Shown one piece after another: positions 9,239-19,300 of a stretch of DNA of 44,053 bases; positions within the stretch are counted from its first letter, which is position 1; every line of letters starts with the position of its first letter. Below the pieces are notes generated by a model. That model made no database searches, was not told the origin of the DNA, and saw only the letters and a program-made list of their open reading frames with translations. The position numbers were made by a program, and so were the translations under genes. Origin of the DNA: Coriobacteriia bacterium (GTDB taxonomy: Bacteria > Actinomycetota > Coriobacteriia > Anaerosomatales > PALSA-660); contig JANYLP010000015.1 of the NCBI GenBank assembly GCA_025361445.1, forward strand, positions 1 to 44,053. Reading direction: 5' to 3'.

Positions 9239-9244
9239 ATACTA
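9239..9244 (-). promoter_or_regulatory. -10 element (TAGTAT) of the 6S RNA promoter
   Basis: Located 7 nt upstream of the predicted 5' end of the 6S closing stem. Confidence 0.6.
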
Positions 9245-9286
9245 GCGTTCGCTCGAAAGAACCGCCACGCCGCGCACGGCCGTTCG

Positions 9287-9310
9287 GCTGCGCGGTCGCC
9301 TCCGCGCAGC
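9287..9310 (-). terminator. GC-rich hairpin directly after aspS stop (possible terminator without U-tract)
   Basis: gctgcgcgg-N6-ccgcgcagc perfect 9-bp stem, 5 nt downstream of aspS. Confidence 0.4.
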
Positions 9311-9315
9311 GTCCG

Positions 9316-11085
9316 CTACTGCGTCCGCAGACGCAATTCCCCAAGTTGTGCAGCGCTGACCGCATCGGGCGCACCGGTCAGCGGACACGAGCCGGAACTC
9401 GTCTTCGGGAACGCGATGACGTCGCGGATCGAGGATGCGCCGGCGAGCAGCATGATCAGACGGTCGAGGCCCAGTGCGATGCCACCGTGCGGCGGCGCGC
9501 CATGCTTGAGCGCATCAAGAAGAAACCCGAACCGGCGCTGCGCGTCCTCATCCGTCATGCCCATGAGGCGGAAGACCTTCATCTGCAGCTCGGGATCGTG
9601 GACACGGAGCGTCCCACCGCCGATCTCGAGTCCGTTGATAACCAGGTCGTGCGAGTAGCCGCGCACGGCACCCGGATCGGTGTCGAGCAGAGGCAGGTCC
9701 TCCTCGAACGGACGCATGAACGGGTTGTGCTTGGCGTCCCAGCGCTTGTTCTCCTCGTCCCACTGGAACAGCGGGAAGTCGAGTACCCACAGAGCCGACC
9801 AGCGGGCGCGCGCCAGTTCGAGGTCATCGGCGAGGCGGAGACGCAGCCCGCCGAGCACGTCGTTCGCAACGGCGCGCGCATCGGCGACCATGCAGACCAG
9901 GTCGCCGGGCTCGACTCCGAGCGCGGACCTGAGCGTTGCCATCTCGTCCTCGGTGAAGAACTTGGCGACCGGGCTGCGGACCTCGCCCTCGGTCGTGAAT
10001 GCGACCCACGCGAGGCCCTTTGCACCGGCGTCGAGCACGAACTGGTTCAGGCCGTCGATGCGACTGCGACTCCAGTCGCCCGCACCCTTCGCGTTGATGG
10101 CCTTGATGGCTCCGCCCGCGGCGAGTGCGCCCGCGAAGACCTTGAACTCGGACTCCGCGAATACCGTCGACACGTCGACGAGCTCGAGCCCGAAGCGCGT
10201 GTCCGGACGGTCGCAGCCGTAGCGCTCCATGGCCTCGCTGTAGAGCATGCGCGGCAGCGGGACAGGCAGATCCTGTCCGGCCTCGTGCATGACCTCGTGC
10301 ATGACGTCCTCCATCATGGCGAGGACGTCGTCCTGCTCCACGAAGGACATCTCGATGTCGACCTGCGTGAACTCGGGCTGGCGGTCCGCCCGCAGGTCCT
10401 CGTCGCGGAAGCAGCGTGCGATCTGGTAGTAGCGCTCGACCCCCGCGACCATGAGCAACTGCTTGAACAGCTGCGGTGACTGCGGCAGCGCGTAGAACTC
10501 GCCCGGGCTCATGCGGGACGGCACGAGGAAGTCGCGTGCGCCTTCCGGCGTCGACTTCGTCAGTATCGGCGTCTCCACTTCCATGAAACCGCGATGCTCG
10601 AGCGACTTGCGGAACCGCTGGGTGACGCGGTCGCGGAGCACGAGCGCGGCGAGCACCTCGGGCCGGCGGATGTCGACGTAGCGGTACTTCAGGCGCAGCA
10701 CCTCGTCGACGTCGATCGCGGAATCGACCTCGAACGGCGGCGTGACGGACTCGTTCAGGACCTCCGCCGACGCGATGATGACCTCGACCTCGCCGGTGGC
10801 GAGGTTCGGATTGACCGTTCCGTCGGGACGCGGCCGAACGGTGCCCGTGAGCTTGACGACCCACTCGGTGCGTACGCGCTCCGCGGTCGCGAAGGCGGCG
10901 CCGGAGGCATCGGGGTCGAAGACGCACTGGACGAGTCCGCTGCGATCGCGGATGTCGATGAAGACGAGCCCGCCATGGTCGCGGCGGCGATGGACCCATC
11001 CGGCAAGCGTGACCTGCTCGCCGACGTTCTCGCGGCGGAGGTCGCCGGCTACGTGTGTTCTGATCGAATAGCGTGCGTCGAACAT
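9316..11085 (-). CDS. aspS: Aspartate--tRNA ligase, probably non-discriminating (Asp/Asn)
   Basis: [52 protein letters not shown] and [12 protein letters not shown] motifs. Confidence 0.98.
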   Translation of the reverse strand: MFDARYSIRTHVAGDLRRENVGEQVTLAGWVHRRRDHGGLVFIDIRDRSGLVQCVFDPDASGAAFATAERVRTEWVVKLTGTVRPRPDGTVNPNLATGEVEVIIASAEVLNESVTPPFEVDSAIDVDEVLRLKYRYVDIRRPEVLAALVLRDRVTQRFRKSLEHRGFMEVETPILTKSTPEGARDFLVPSRMSPGEFYALPQSPQLFKQLLMVAGVERYYQIARCFRDEDLRADRQPEFTQVDIEMSFVEQDDVLAMMEDVMHEVMHEAGQDLPVPLPRMLYSEAMERYGCDRPDTRFGLELVDVSTVFAESEFKVFAGALAAGGAIKAINAKGAGDWSRSRIDGLNQFVLDAGAKGLAWVAFTTEGEVRSPVAKFFTEDEMATLRSALGVEPGDLVCMVADARAVANDVLGGLRLRLADDLELARARWSALWVLDFPLFQWDEENKRWDAKHNPFMRPFEEDLPLLDTDPGAVRGYSHDLVINGLEIGGGTLRVHDPELQMKVFRLMGMTDEDAQRRFGFLLDALKHGAPPHGGIALGLDRLIMLLAGASSIRDVIAFPKTSSGSCPLTGAPDAVSAAQLGELRLRTQ

Positions 11086-12426
11086 CTAGGACCTTCCCTC
11101 GGACGGCGTACCGGAGACGGCGACATCACGCGCCAGGTACCTCTCGAAGAGCGCAGTGCGCACCTGGTCTTCGATCCCGTGCAGCGAGACGCGCCATTCG
11201 TTCTTATCGGTCATGTCGCGAACAGTGACCTCGCCTCTGGCGAGCTCATCCGGCCCCACGAATACGACGAGCAGGGAACCCAGCCGGTCGGCCGCCTTCA
11301 TCTGGGACTTCAGCGAGCGACCCTGATGATCCATCTCGGCGGGCACACCGGCGGAGCGCAACCGTTGCGTGACGGCGAACACCTCTGAGGCGAGTTCGGG
11401 AGCCGCGGATGCCACGAAAACGTCCGCGATCGCGGGCGCCGGGAGATCCACGCCCGCGGAGCGAAGGGCGAGCATGGTGCGCTCGAAGCCGAGCGCGAAG
11501 CCGAGGCCCGGCGTCGGCCGGCCGCCGTACATCTCGAAGAGGCGATCGTAGCGGCCGCCCCCGCCGATAGCGTTCTGGGCGCCCAGGCCCTCTGCCTGCA
11601 CCTCGAACACCGTGCGGGTGTAGTAGTCGAGGCCACGAACGAGCGACGTGTCCTCCTCGTAGGCGATGCCCAGCGCGTCCAGATGCGACTTGACAGCGGC
11701 GTAGTGCACAGCGCAGTCGTCGCACAGGCGGTCCCGAAGCACCGGCGCTCGCTTCATCGTCTCGCGACACGTCAGGTTCTTGCAGTCGAAGGCTCTCAGC
11801 GGGTTCGTGTCCGCGCGCCGGGCGCACTCGTCGCACAGCCCGGCCGCGTTGCCGCGGATGAACGCAGCCACCTCGGAGCGGTACGCGGGGCGACAGACCT
11901 CGTCTCCCATCGTGTTGATCAGTAGACGCATGGCGGACCGTGGGATCCCGGCAGCGGCGAAGAACTCCATGAGAAGCGCGATCGCCTCGGCATCCGCGGT
12001 CGGCTCCCCCATTCCGAGCGACTCGACGCCGATCTGCCAGAACTGGCGGCGACGTCCCGCCTGCGGACGCTCGTAGCGGAACATCGGGCCCGAGTAGTAG
12101 ACCTTGGCGGACTGGCCGTTGGCCGTGAGACCGTTTTCGAGGGCCGCGCGCACGATGGGTGCCGTGCCTTCAGGCCGCAGTGTCAGCGAGGTGGGAGGAG
12201 TGCCCTTGTCGTCGAAGGTGTACATCTCCTTGCCGACGATGTCCGTGGCCTCGCCGATACCGCGGACGAAGACATCGGTGTGCTCGAAGATCGGCGTGTA
12301 GACGGGCTCGTAGCCGTACCTCGCGAAGAGGTCCTGGGCGACGGCCAGCAGATGCTGCCACGCGCGCGCATCGGCGGGGAGCAGATCCGAGGTGCCCTTC
12401 GGGGCGCGGTATTCCGCCTTCGCCAT
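11086..12426 (-). CDS. hisS: Histidine--tRNA ligase
   Basis: LRPEGTA, FRYERPQAGR, LVRGLDYY and GGGRYD motifs. Confidence 0.98.
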   Translation of the reverse strand: MAKAEYRAPKGTSDLLPADARAWQHLLAVAQDLFARYGYEPVYTPIFEHTDVFVRGIGEATDIVGKEMYTFDDKGTPPTSLTLRPEGTAPIVRAALENGLTANGQSAKVYYSGPMFRYERPQAGRRRQFWQIGVESLGMGEPTADAEAIALLMEFFAAAGIPRSAMRLLINTMGDEVCRPAYRSEVAAFIRGNAAGLCDECARRADTNPLRAFDCKNLTCRETMKRAPVLRDRLCDDCAVHYAAVKSHLDALGIAYEEDTSLVRGLDYYTRTVFEVQAEGLGAQNAIGGGGRYDRLFEMYGGRPTPGLGFALGFERTMLALRSAGVDLPAPAIADVFVASAAPELASEVFAVTQRLRSAGVPAEMDHQGRSLKSQMKAADRLGSLLVVFVGPDELARGEVTVRDMTDKNEWRVSLHGIEDQVRTALFERYLARDVAVSGTPSEGRS

Positions 12427-12468
12427 GGTCGGGGTACTGCCTTTCGCGGGACTGGGATTCCGGCTGCG

Positions 12469-12477
12469 AGTGTAACA
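12469..12477 (-). promoter_or_regulatory. Extended -10 promoter (TGtTACACT) for hisS-aspS
   Basis: Minus strand ccTGtTACACTcgc about 45 nt upstream of the hisS ATG. Confidence 0.5.
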
Positions 12478-12514
12478 GGCACTCCGCGCGCGAGCGCTGG
12501 TCCTGAGAATGCGC

Positions 12515-12934
12515 CTAGGACTCGGTTTTCGCGCCCGGCTCCTCGACCCTGTTCAGCTGGAGAAGGTTCGTCGCGTCGACCGAGACGCACGCGACGCCGA
12601 TGATGACGCCGTCACGCCGCGCCGGACAGTAGGTCACGGAGTAGAGCCTGCGGGACCCGTCGGTGCCGTACCAACTCGCATCCCGGTAAACCTCACCCGC
12701 AAGCGCGTGGTCGATGTTGGCTTGAGCCGTACGTCGATCCTCCTCGAGCATCACCGTGTCGAGCAGACTGTCGCCCACGGCGACCTCGGTGCCGTACAGC
12801 ACGCGCACGGCGACCCGATGGGCTTCGTTGAAGGCCAGATACCGGTACTCACTGTTAACGAAGAACGCGGGGTCGGCGACCGCGTCGAGAAGCGCCTCTT
12901 GGGCGATGCGGTTGATGTCTCCGGAGATGTACAT
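12515..12934 (-). CDS. Stand-alone PAS domain protein (PAS_4-like)
   Basis: ALLDAVADPAFFVNSEYRYLAFNEA...ALAGE...DGSRRLYSVTYCPARRDGVIIGVACVSVDAT is a canonical PAS pattern. The upstream part of the 266-aa track ORF overlaps crcB and is probably not translated; start uncertain (12934 or 12979). Confidence 0.75.
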   Translation of the reverse strand: MYISGDINRIAQEALLDAVADPAFFVNSEYRYLAFNEAHRVAVRVLYGTEVAVGDSLLDTVMLEEDRRTAQANIDHALAGEVYRDASWYGTDGSRRLYSVTYCPARRDGVIIGVACVSVDATNLLQLNRVEEPGAKTES

Positions 12935-13028
12935 CGCTGCCCGACCCTTCACCTTGCTCCAGCACGGCGTTTCAACCATCCGGTCACCCTTCGAGTATCG
13001 CCCAGATCGACCGACACCGCACGCACTG

Positions 13029-13427
13029 CTACAGCACGGAGCGACCGAGGAAGATGCCGGCCGCCGCAGCCGCAAGACCGACCGCAAGCGAGCCGAGCGA
13101 GTACGCGGCCGCCATCCCGTACGAGCCGCGCAGCATGAGCTCGACCGACTCGAGCGCGAACGTCGAGAACGTCGTGTAGCCGCCGAGGAGTCCCACAGCA
13201 AGGAGCGGGCGCCACCAGCCAGGCCAGCCCAGCCGTGCCGCGGCGACCAGCAGAAGGCCGATCGCGAACGATCCCGTGGCGTTGATGAGGAACGTGTGCC
13301 AGGGGAACGAGGCATCCGCAGTCGGACCCATCAGCCGGCCGATGCCGTACCGAAGCGCGGAACCCGTTGCGCCCCCCGCGGCGACAAGCGCCAGATCGCG
13401 AATCGTCGCGTCCATGACCGCGGTCAC
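13029..13427 (-). CDS. crcB: Fluoride efflux channel Fluc/CrcB
   Basis: GGATGSALRY, FPWHTFLIN and GLLGGYTTFSTF motifs; GTGA overlap with the upstream MBL gene. Confidence 0.95.
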   Translation of the reverse strand: MTAVMDATIRDLALVAAGGATGSALRYGIGRLMGPTADASFPWHTFLINATGSFAIGLLLVAAARLGWPGWWRPLLAVGLLGGYTTFSTFALESVELMLRGSYGMAAAYSLGSLAVGLAAAAAGIFLGRSVL

Positions 13428-14062
13428 CGGGGCCAGAAGTAGTTATGACGGCTCTCGTGCCCGATCGTCGTGTCGGGGCCGTGGCCCGGATGGACGACCG
13501 TGGAGGGCGGCAACGACGCGAGCACGGCGATCGAGGCCCTCAAGGCGCGTGGATCGCCCCCCGGGAAGTCGGTGCGTCCTACGCTTCCGGCGAACAGCGT
13601 GTCCCCCGAAAACAGGTGCTCGTCCCCATCGAACCCGCTCGCCAGGAGACTGACCGAGCCCGGGGTGTGCCCCGGTGTGGCCCAAACCGAAAGGGTCAGA
13701 CCGCCCGCAGTGATGATGTCTCCGTCGGAGAGCAGCCGGTCGGGTGCGGGTGCGGCGAAGTCGAATCCGAACGCCGCTCCCCCGTTGTCCTCCGCGGACA
13801 TGATCGACTCGGCGTCATCCACGTTGACGAGAAGCGGCGCGCCGGTGGCTTTCACGACCTCCGCCGCCGCACCGAGATGGTCGAAATGGCCGTGCGTCAG
13901 CACGACCGCGGCGACCGGTCGGCCCGCGACCGCCTCGAGTACCCGAGCCGGTTCGGCAGCAGGGTCGATCACGACGAGCGGACCGCCCGACACGTCGGAG
14001 ACGATCCAGCAGTTGGTGTCGAGCTCGCCAAGGACGAGTCGCGTGACGGAGAGCGCGGTCAC
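13424..14062 (-). CDS. MBL-fold metallo-hydrolase (glyoxalase II-like, YcbL type)
   Basis: LTHGHFDH, TPGHTPG, FSGDTLF...GRTD and PGHG motifs. Start GTG 14062 overlaps the rel stop (GTGA). Confidence 0.92.
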   Translation of the reverse strand: MTALSVTRLVLGELDTNCWIVSDVSGGPLVVIDPAAEPARVLEAVAGRPVAAVVLTHGHFDHLGAAAEVVKATGAPLLVNVDDAESIMSAEDNGGAAFGFDFAAPAPDRLLSDGDIITAGGLTLSVWATPGHTPGSVSLLASGFDGDEHLFSGDTLFAGSVGRTDFPGGDPRALRASIAVLASLPPSTVVHPGHGPDTTIGHESRHNYFWPR

Positions 14063-16263
14063 GAGCGCTGCAAGCCGGGCGAGGGCATCATGCGGTCCGC
14101 CGAGAAGACGCCGTCGAGTCCGCGTACGCGCGCAAGGACGGCACCGAGCTGCTCCATGTTCCCCAGCTCGAACAAGAAGCGCATCGTGGCGATGCCCTGC
14201 CTGTCGGTGGCGATGTTGGCGGACAGCACGCTCACGCCCGCCTCGGCCAGCGCGACGGTTACATCGCGCAGAAGCGCCGTTCGGTCGCGCGCCTCGATGT
14301 AGATCTCCACCTGGTACGTGGTAGCGGCGTCGGTGTCCCACTCGACTTCGATGATGCGCTCCGGACTTGTGAGGAGGTCCTTTGCGTTCGGGCAGTCCTT
14401 CCGATGCACTGACACGCCGCGGCCGCGCGTCACGAAGCCGACGAGCGGGTCGCCGGGCACGGGGTTACAGCATCGAGCGAGGCGTACCAGCAGGTCGTCG
14501 ATCCCCTTGACGCGAACACCCGTGACCGACTTGCGGCGGTTGGATCTGGGAGCGATCATCGGGGTCGCGAGCGTGAACTCGGGCTTCTCCGGTTCGGCGG
14601 GGGCCGCCTCGGTCCCGGCGAGCAGCTTGATGAGCTTGCCCACGACCATCTTGGCGGAGACCTTGCCGGCCCCGATGTGGGCGACCAGATCGTCCGACTC
14701 GGCGAAGTTCATCTCTTTGGCGATCGCCGTGAGAGCCCTGACCCCCGCCGACGATCCGATCGAGAGCCCCTGCTTGCGAAGGATCTTCTGCAAATCGTCC
14801 TTGCCACAGGCAAGGTCATCGGTGCGGCTGGCTTTCGAGAAGAACGTGCGGATCTTGCTTCGCGCGCTCGAGGTGCGCACGATGTTGAGCCAGTCGCGGG
14901 ACGGTCCCGCGGAGCCTTTGTTCGTCATGATCTCGACGCGGTCACCCATCTGCAGCTCGTAGCCGAGCGGCACGATGGACCCGTTGATCTTCGCGCCGAC
15001 GGTGTGGTTGCCGATCTCGGTGTGGATCTGGTAGGCGAAGTCGATGGGAGTCGACCCTTTGCGTAGGCTGACCACATCGCCCTTGGGCGTGAAGACGAAC
15101 ACCTCGTCCTCGAACAGGTCGATCTTGAGCGCCTCCATGAACTCGCGAGGGTCCTTGAGCTCGGTCTGCCACTCGAGCATCTGCCGCAACCAGGCGAGAC
15201 GCTCGTCGAAGCTCTCGTCGCTGCGGCCGCCGTCCTTGTAGCGCCAGTGTGCCGCGATGCCGTACTCCGCGGTGCGGTGCATCTCCTCGGTACGGATCTG
15301 GAGTTCGAGGGGACGGCCCGCGGGGCCGATGACGGTCGTGTGCAGTGATTGGTACATGTTGAACTTCGGCATCGCCACGTAGTCCTTGAAACGCCCCGGC
15401 ACCGGCTTCCAGATGGAGTGGACCGTGCCGAGTGCGCCGTAGCAGTCCTTCACCGAGGCGACGATGATCCGCAGAGCGATCAGGTCGTATATCTCGTTGA
15501 AGTCCTTATCTTTCTGGGACATCTTCTGGTAGATGCTGTAGAAGTGCTTCGGCCGCCCCGAGATCTCGGCGTGGATGCCCACCTCACCAAGTTCCCGAGT
15601 CAGTTCGTCGATGACCTGCTTGAGATACGCCTCACGGGCGGCGCGGCTGTCGGACACGAGACGCTGTATCTGCTGATACTTCTGCGGCTCGAGCACCTTC
15701 ATGCACAGGTCCTCGAGCTCCCACTTGACCTGCTGGATCCCGAGCCGGTGCGCGAGCGGCGCGTAGATCTCCATTGTCTCGATCGCCTTGTCGCGCTGAC
15801 GCGTCGCGTCGAGGAACTCGATCGTCCGCATGTTGTGCAGGCGGTCGGCGAGCTTGATGAGGATGACGCGGATGTCCTTCGCCATGGCGATGAGCATCTT
15901 GCGCAGGTTCTGGGACTGAGCCTCGTCGCGCGAATCGAATTTGATCTTGCCGAGCTTGGTGACGCCGTCCACGAGCGCCGCGACCTCTTCGCCGAACGCG
16001 GCGCGGACCTGCGCGACCGTGACCTTGCTGTCTTCCACCGTGTCGTGGAGCAGGCCCGCTATCAGCGTCTCCATGTCGAGGTGCAGCTCAGCAAGGATGC
16101 CGCATGCTTCGACCGGGTGCGTGATGAACGGCTCGCCGGAGTTGCGCATCTGCCCCTCGTGCGCGGCGGCGGCGAAATCGTAGGCGCGGCGCAGCAGTGC
16201 GATATCCACCGACGGGTTGTAGGCGGAGACGCGCTTCTCGAGCTGCTCCATCGTGAGGGTCAC
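14059..16263 (-). CDS. rel: Bifunctional (p)ppGpp synthetase/hydrolase Rel (long RSH)
   Basis: HD motif LLHDTVED, KLADRLHNMRT, RFKD, YQSLHT, ELQIRT, TGS domain, CCNPVPGD and ACT domain. Confidence 0.98.
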   Translation of the reverse strand: MTLTMEQLEKRVSAYNPSVDIALLRRAYDFAAAAHEGQMRNSGEPFITHPVEACGILAELHLDMETLIAGLLHDTVEDSKVTVAQVRAAFGEEVAALVDGVTKLGKIKFDSRDEAQSQNLRKMLIAMAKDIRVILIKLADRLHNMRTIEFLDATRQRDKAIETMEIYAPLAHRLGIQQVKWELEDLCMKVLEPQKYQQIQRLVSDSRAAREAYLKQVIDELTRELGEVGIHAEISGRPKHFYSIYQKMSQKDKDFNEIYDLIALRIIVASVKDCYGALGTVHSIWKPVPGRFKDYVAMPKFNMYQSLHTTVIGPAGRPLELQIRTEEMHRTAEYGIAAHWRYKDGGRSDESFDERLAWLRQMLEWQTELKDPREFMEALKIDLFEDEVFVFTPKGDVVSLRKGSTPIDFAYQIHTEIGNHTVGAKINGSIVPLGYELQMGDRVEIMTNKGSAGPSRDWLNIVRTSSARSKIRTFFSKASRTDDLACGKDDLQKILRKQGLSIGSSAGVRALTAIAKEMNFAESDDLVAHIGAGKVSAKMVVGKLIKLLAGTEAAPAEPEKPEFTLATPMIAPRSNRRKSVTGVRVKGIDDLLVRLARCCNPVPGDPLVGFVTRGRGVSVHRKDCPNAKDLLTSPERIIEVEWDTDAATTYQVEIYIEARDRTALLRDVTVALAEAGVSVLSANIATDRQGIATMRFLFELGNMEQLGAVLARVRGLDGVFSADRMMPSPGLQRS

Positions 16264-16316
16264 GAACGCTCCCTTGCGCGCGACGGTCGCGCGCCGCTTG
16301 CGGGGCCGGTGTGAGG

Positions 16317-16325
16317 ATTCTAGCA
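16317..16325 (-). promoter_or_regulatory. Extended -10 promoter (TGcTAGAAT) for the rel operon
   Basis: Minus strand gcTGcTAGAATcct just after the recJ stop. Confidence 0.55.
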
Positions 16326-16332
16326 GCGAGCG

Positions 16333-19300
16333 CTACGCCGTAGGCAGGATCGGCCGGTCGAAGGCCGCGAGAAGCTCCTCGGCGCGTGCCGCGAGCACCC
16401 ACGTACGGAACTCCGCGAACTCCTCGGCCTCCTCTACGCCTTCGGCGTATCGGACGGACGAAGTCAGGTCGACTTTCCCGTCGACGGGCAGCAGTGAGAG
16501 GCGTCGGTAGGCGCCTGAACCCTCCCCTGTCACGAGTCCCACTTCACGGAACACGCCGAGGCCCGAGGATGCGCCGCGGTCGGTCATGCGCGACCTCGGG
16601 CGGCGCTTCTTCACCTCTGCAGCGAGCTCTGCGTTCGTGACCTCGACCCAGCCATCCGCGGCGGAGTTGCCCATCGCCCTGAGTGCGGCGTACAGGGCCC
16701 GCAACTCCTCGAGATCGGGTGCGCCCGATTCGAGCACCAGCTCGTTGACCCGGCCGTCGCGCTCGCCGAACAGCAGGTGAACCGTCGCCTGGTCGCCATC
16801 GCGTCCCGCCCGGCCGCACATCTGGTTGAACTCGACCCGGTTGAAGGGCAGGTGGTAGAGAGCGACGTGCCGGACGTCCGGGATATCGACGCCTTCACCG
16901 AACGCACTCGTCGCGACGATCGCCGTGATGTCGCCGGCGCGGAAGGCCCTCTCGACCGCGTGACGGGCTGCACGGGACACGCCACCGTTGTAGAAGGCCA
17001 CGCGCTGTGCGAGATGCGGGCTCGCATCGCGCAGTCGCATGGCGAGCCGCACCGATTCGTCACGGCTGTTCACGTAGACGATGACCTTCTCCCCGCGCGC
17101 GGCGATGGCCGCCAGGTGCCCGGCCTTGTCGGCGAGACCGCGCCGATCGGCCACGCGCAGGTTGTCGCGGCGTGTGTCATCGAGAACGAGCGCGTCGATC
17201 CCGAGCGTACTGCGGATCACGGAGGCGGCGTCGTCGCCCGCGGTGGCGGTCACGGCGCAGACGACGGGGTGCCCGAGCGTCTCCAACGCGTCGCCGAGGC
17301 GCGAGTAGGCGGGGCGGTGGCCGGCACGCGCGAGCCCCACGTGATGCGCCTCATCGACGACGATGAAGCGCACGCGACTGCTCTGGGCGAAACGGGCCGC
17401 ATGGCGTTCGAGGAACTCCGGCGTGGTGAGCAGTACGTCGAGGCCGCCCTCGGCAAGCGCGGCGAAGATCTCGTCGCGGCCGCCGGGAGCCGTCTCGCCG
17501 GTGATCACCTTCACCGCCAGACCGAGGGAAGCGAACGCCTCGGTGAGGTGGAACGCCTGGTCGGCGACGAGCGCGCGCAGCGGATAGACGAACACGCTCG
17601 CCTCCCCGCGCGCGAGTGCGACGCGAGCGGCGTGCGACTGGAACACGAACGACTTGCCGCGGCCGGTGGCCATGACCGCGAGGCACGAACGGCCCGCGGC
17701 GAGGTGTGCCAACGCCTCGACCTGTGCGGGATGAGGGACCCGCTCGCCGATGAGCGCGCGGGTGATCTCGGCATCGCGCTCCGCGGGGTCCAGCGCCGAG
17801 AGCTCTGCGCGCCGGGCCACCCGCGCTTCTGTCTCTCGCTCCGCCTCGTCCTCGGCCCCGGGCCGGGAGAACAGCACGTTGACGCCGCGCGCACCCGCCT
17901 CGTCGCCGCCGGTGACGTCCGTGACGCTGACGTCCCACTCCGCGCCGGAGTCGAGGGCGGGCGCAAGCACCGATGCGAGGCGCCGATTGAGGAAGCCGAT
18001 CTGCTCCCCCGTCGGGGCGAGGACCGCGATCGCGTTGGGGTCGAACTCGTTCTCCGGCTGCCGCACGAGCCGGAGCGGCATCCCCGGCTGCAGGCGCGCC
18101 ACGACATCCTGCCGGCCTTCGAAACTGACGCCGGCCAGCTTTGTGTGGAACGACTCGGCGTCGGCTATCCCCTCGTACTCACCGCGTGCCAGTATCCGGG
18201 CTGCGTCGGCGAAGAGCTCCTCGACCAGTTCCGCCGCCGGAGCGTCCACGGGGGCCTCGTGCACGGCGATGCTGCGCACGACTAGCTGCACCCGCTCCCG
18301 GCCGCGCCACTCGTCCGTCTCGAGCGAGTATGCGAGGTCGACCGCAGCCTCGCGACCAGCCAACGCAGCGGCCTCGGGAACCCGGAACGCGATCGCCGGG
18401 ATCGAGGAGATACCGTCGTACGCCTCGAACTTGAGATGTTCGGCCGCCTTCCCGACGAGGGAGCGCTGGGACATGAACACACCGCGCGTCCCCATGAGCG
18501 GTCGGGCGTTTCCCTGTCCGAACGGTTCGAGAGCGGACAGCGCGACCGACAATCGGCGCGTCGCGTCGTGGAGCGGTAACTCCGCATCGACGACGATGCG
18601 GCTCCCGAATGCCTCCGCGGGCAGCGCGGCGAGCGCGTTCTGCAACCGATCGGCGAACGCTCCCAGCGAAGCGACGGGCAGCGTCGCACCCACCGCGGCC
18701 GCATGTCCACCGAAGCGGGTCAGCAGGTCGGAGCACGCTTGAAGAGCCGCGTGCAGGTCGACCTGGCCGACGCTGCGTCCGCTTCCGCGAGCCTCCCCAT
18801 CCTCGATGCTGAAGATGAGCGCCGGGACGCCGTACCGTCCGGCCACCCGCGACGCCACGATGCCACGCACGCCCTCGTGCCACCCCTCGCCGGCCAGAAC
18901 AAGCACGCGGCAATCGGGCCGCCATGCAACCTCGGCCGCGCGCAGCGCCTCCTCGGACAAGTCGGCCTCCGCAGCCTGGCGCACGGTGTTGTAGCCGTCC
19001 AACGCCGACGCTATCTCCGCGGCGCGGACGGCATCGTCGGTCAACAGCAGTTCCAGCGCTTCGGCCGGATCCGCGATGCGCCCGGCGGCATTGAGCCGCG
19101 GGGCGAGCCCGAACGCGATCCTGTCCGATGTCAGGGTCGCGATGTCGACGCGACCCACGCTGCATAGCGCGGCGATCCCGCGACGCGGCGACGTGCGCGC
19201 TTTGGCGAGGCCGGCTGCCACGAGCGCGCGATTCTCGTCGAGTACCGGAACGATGTCCGCCACCGTTCCGATCGCGGCAAGGTCGGTGAGCTCGAGCCAG

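Noticed and set aside
14059-16333. Absence of apt and dtd from the usual recJ-apt-rel-dtd order
   Set aside because: No remnants are visible; simple relocation or loss is common and cannot be judged from one window.
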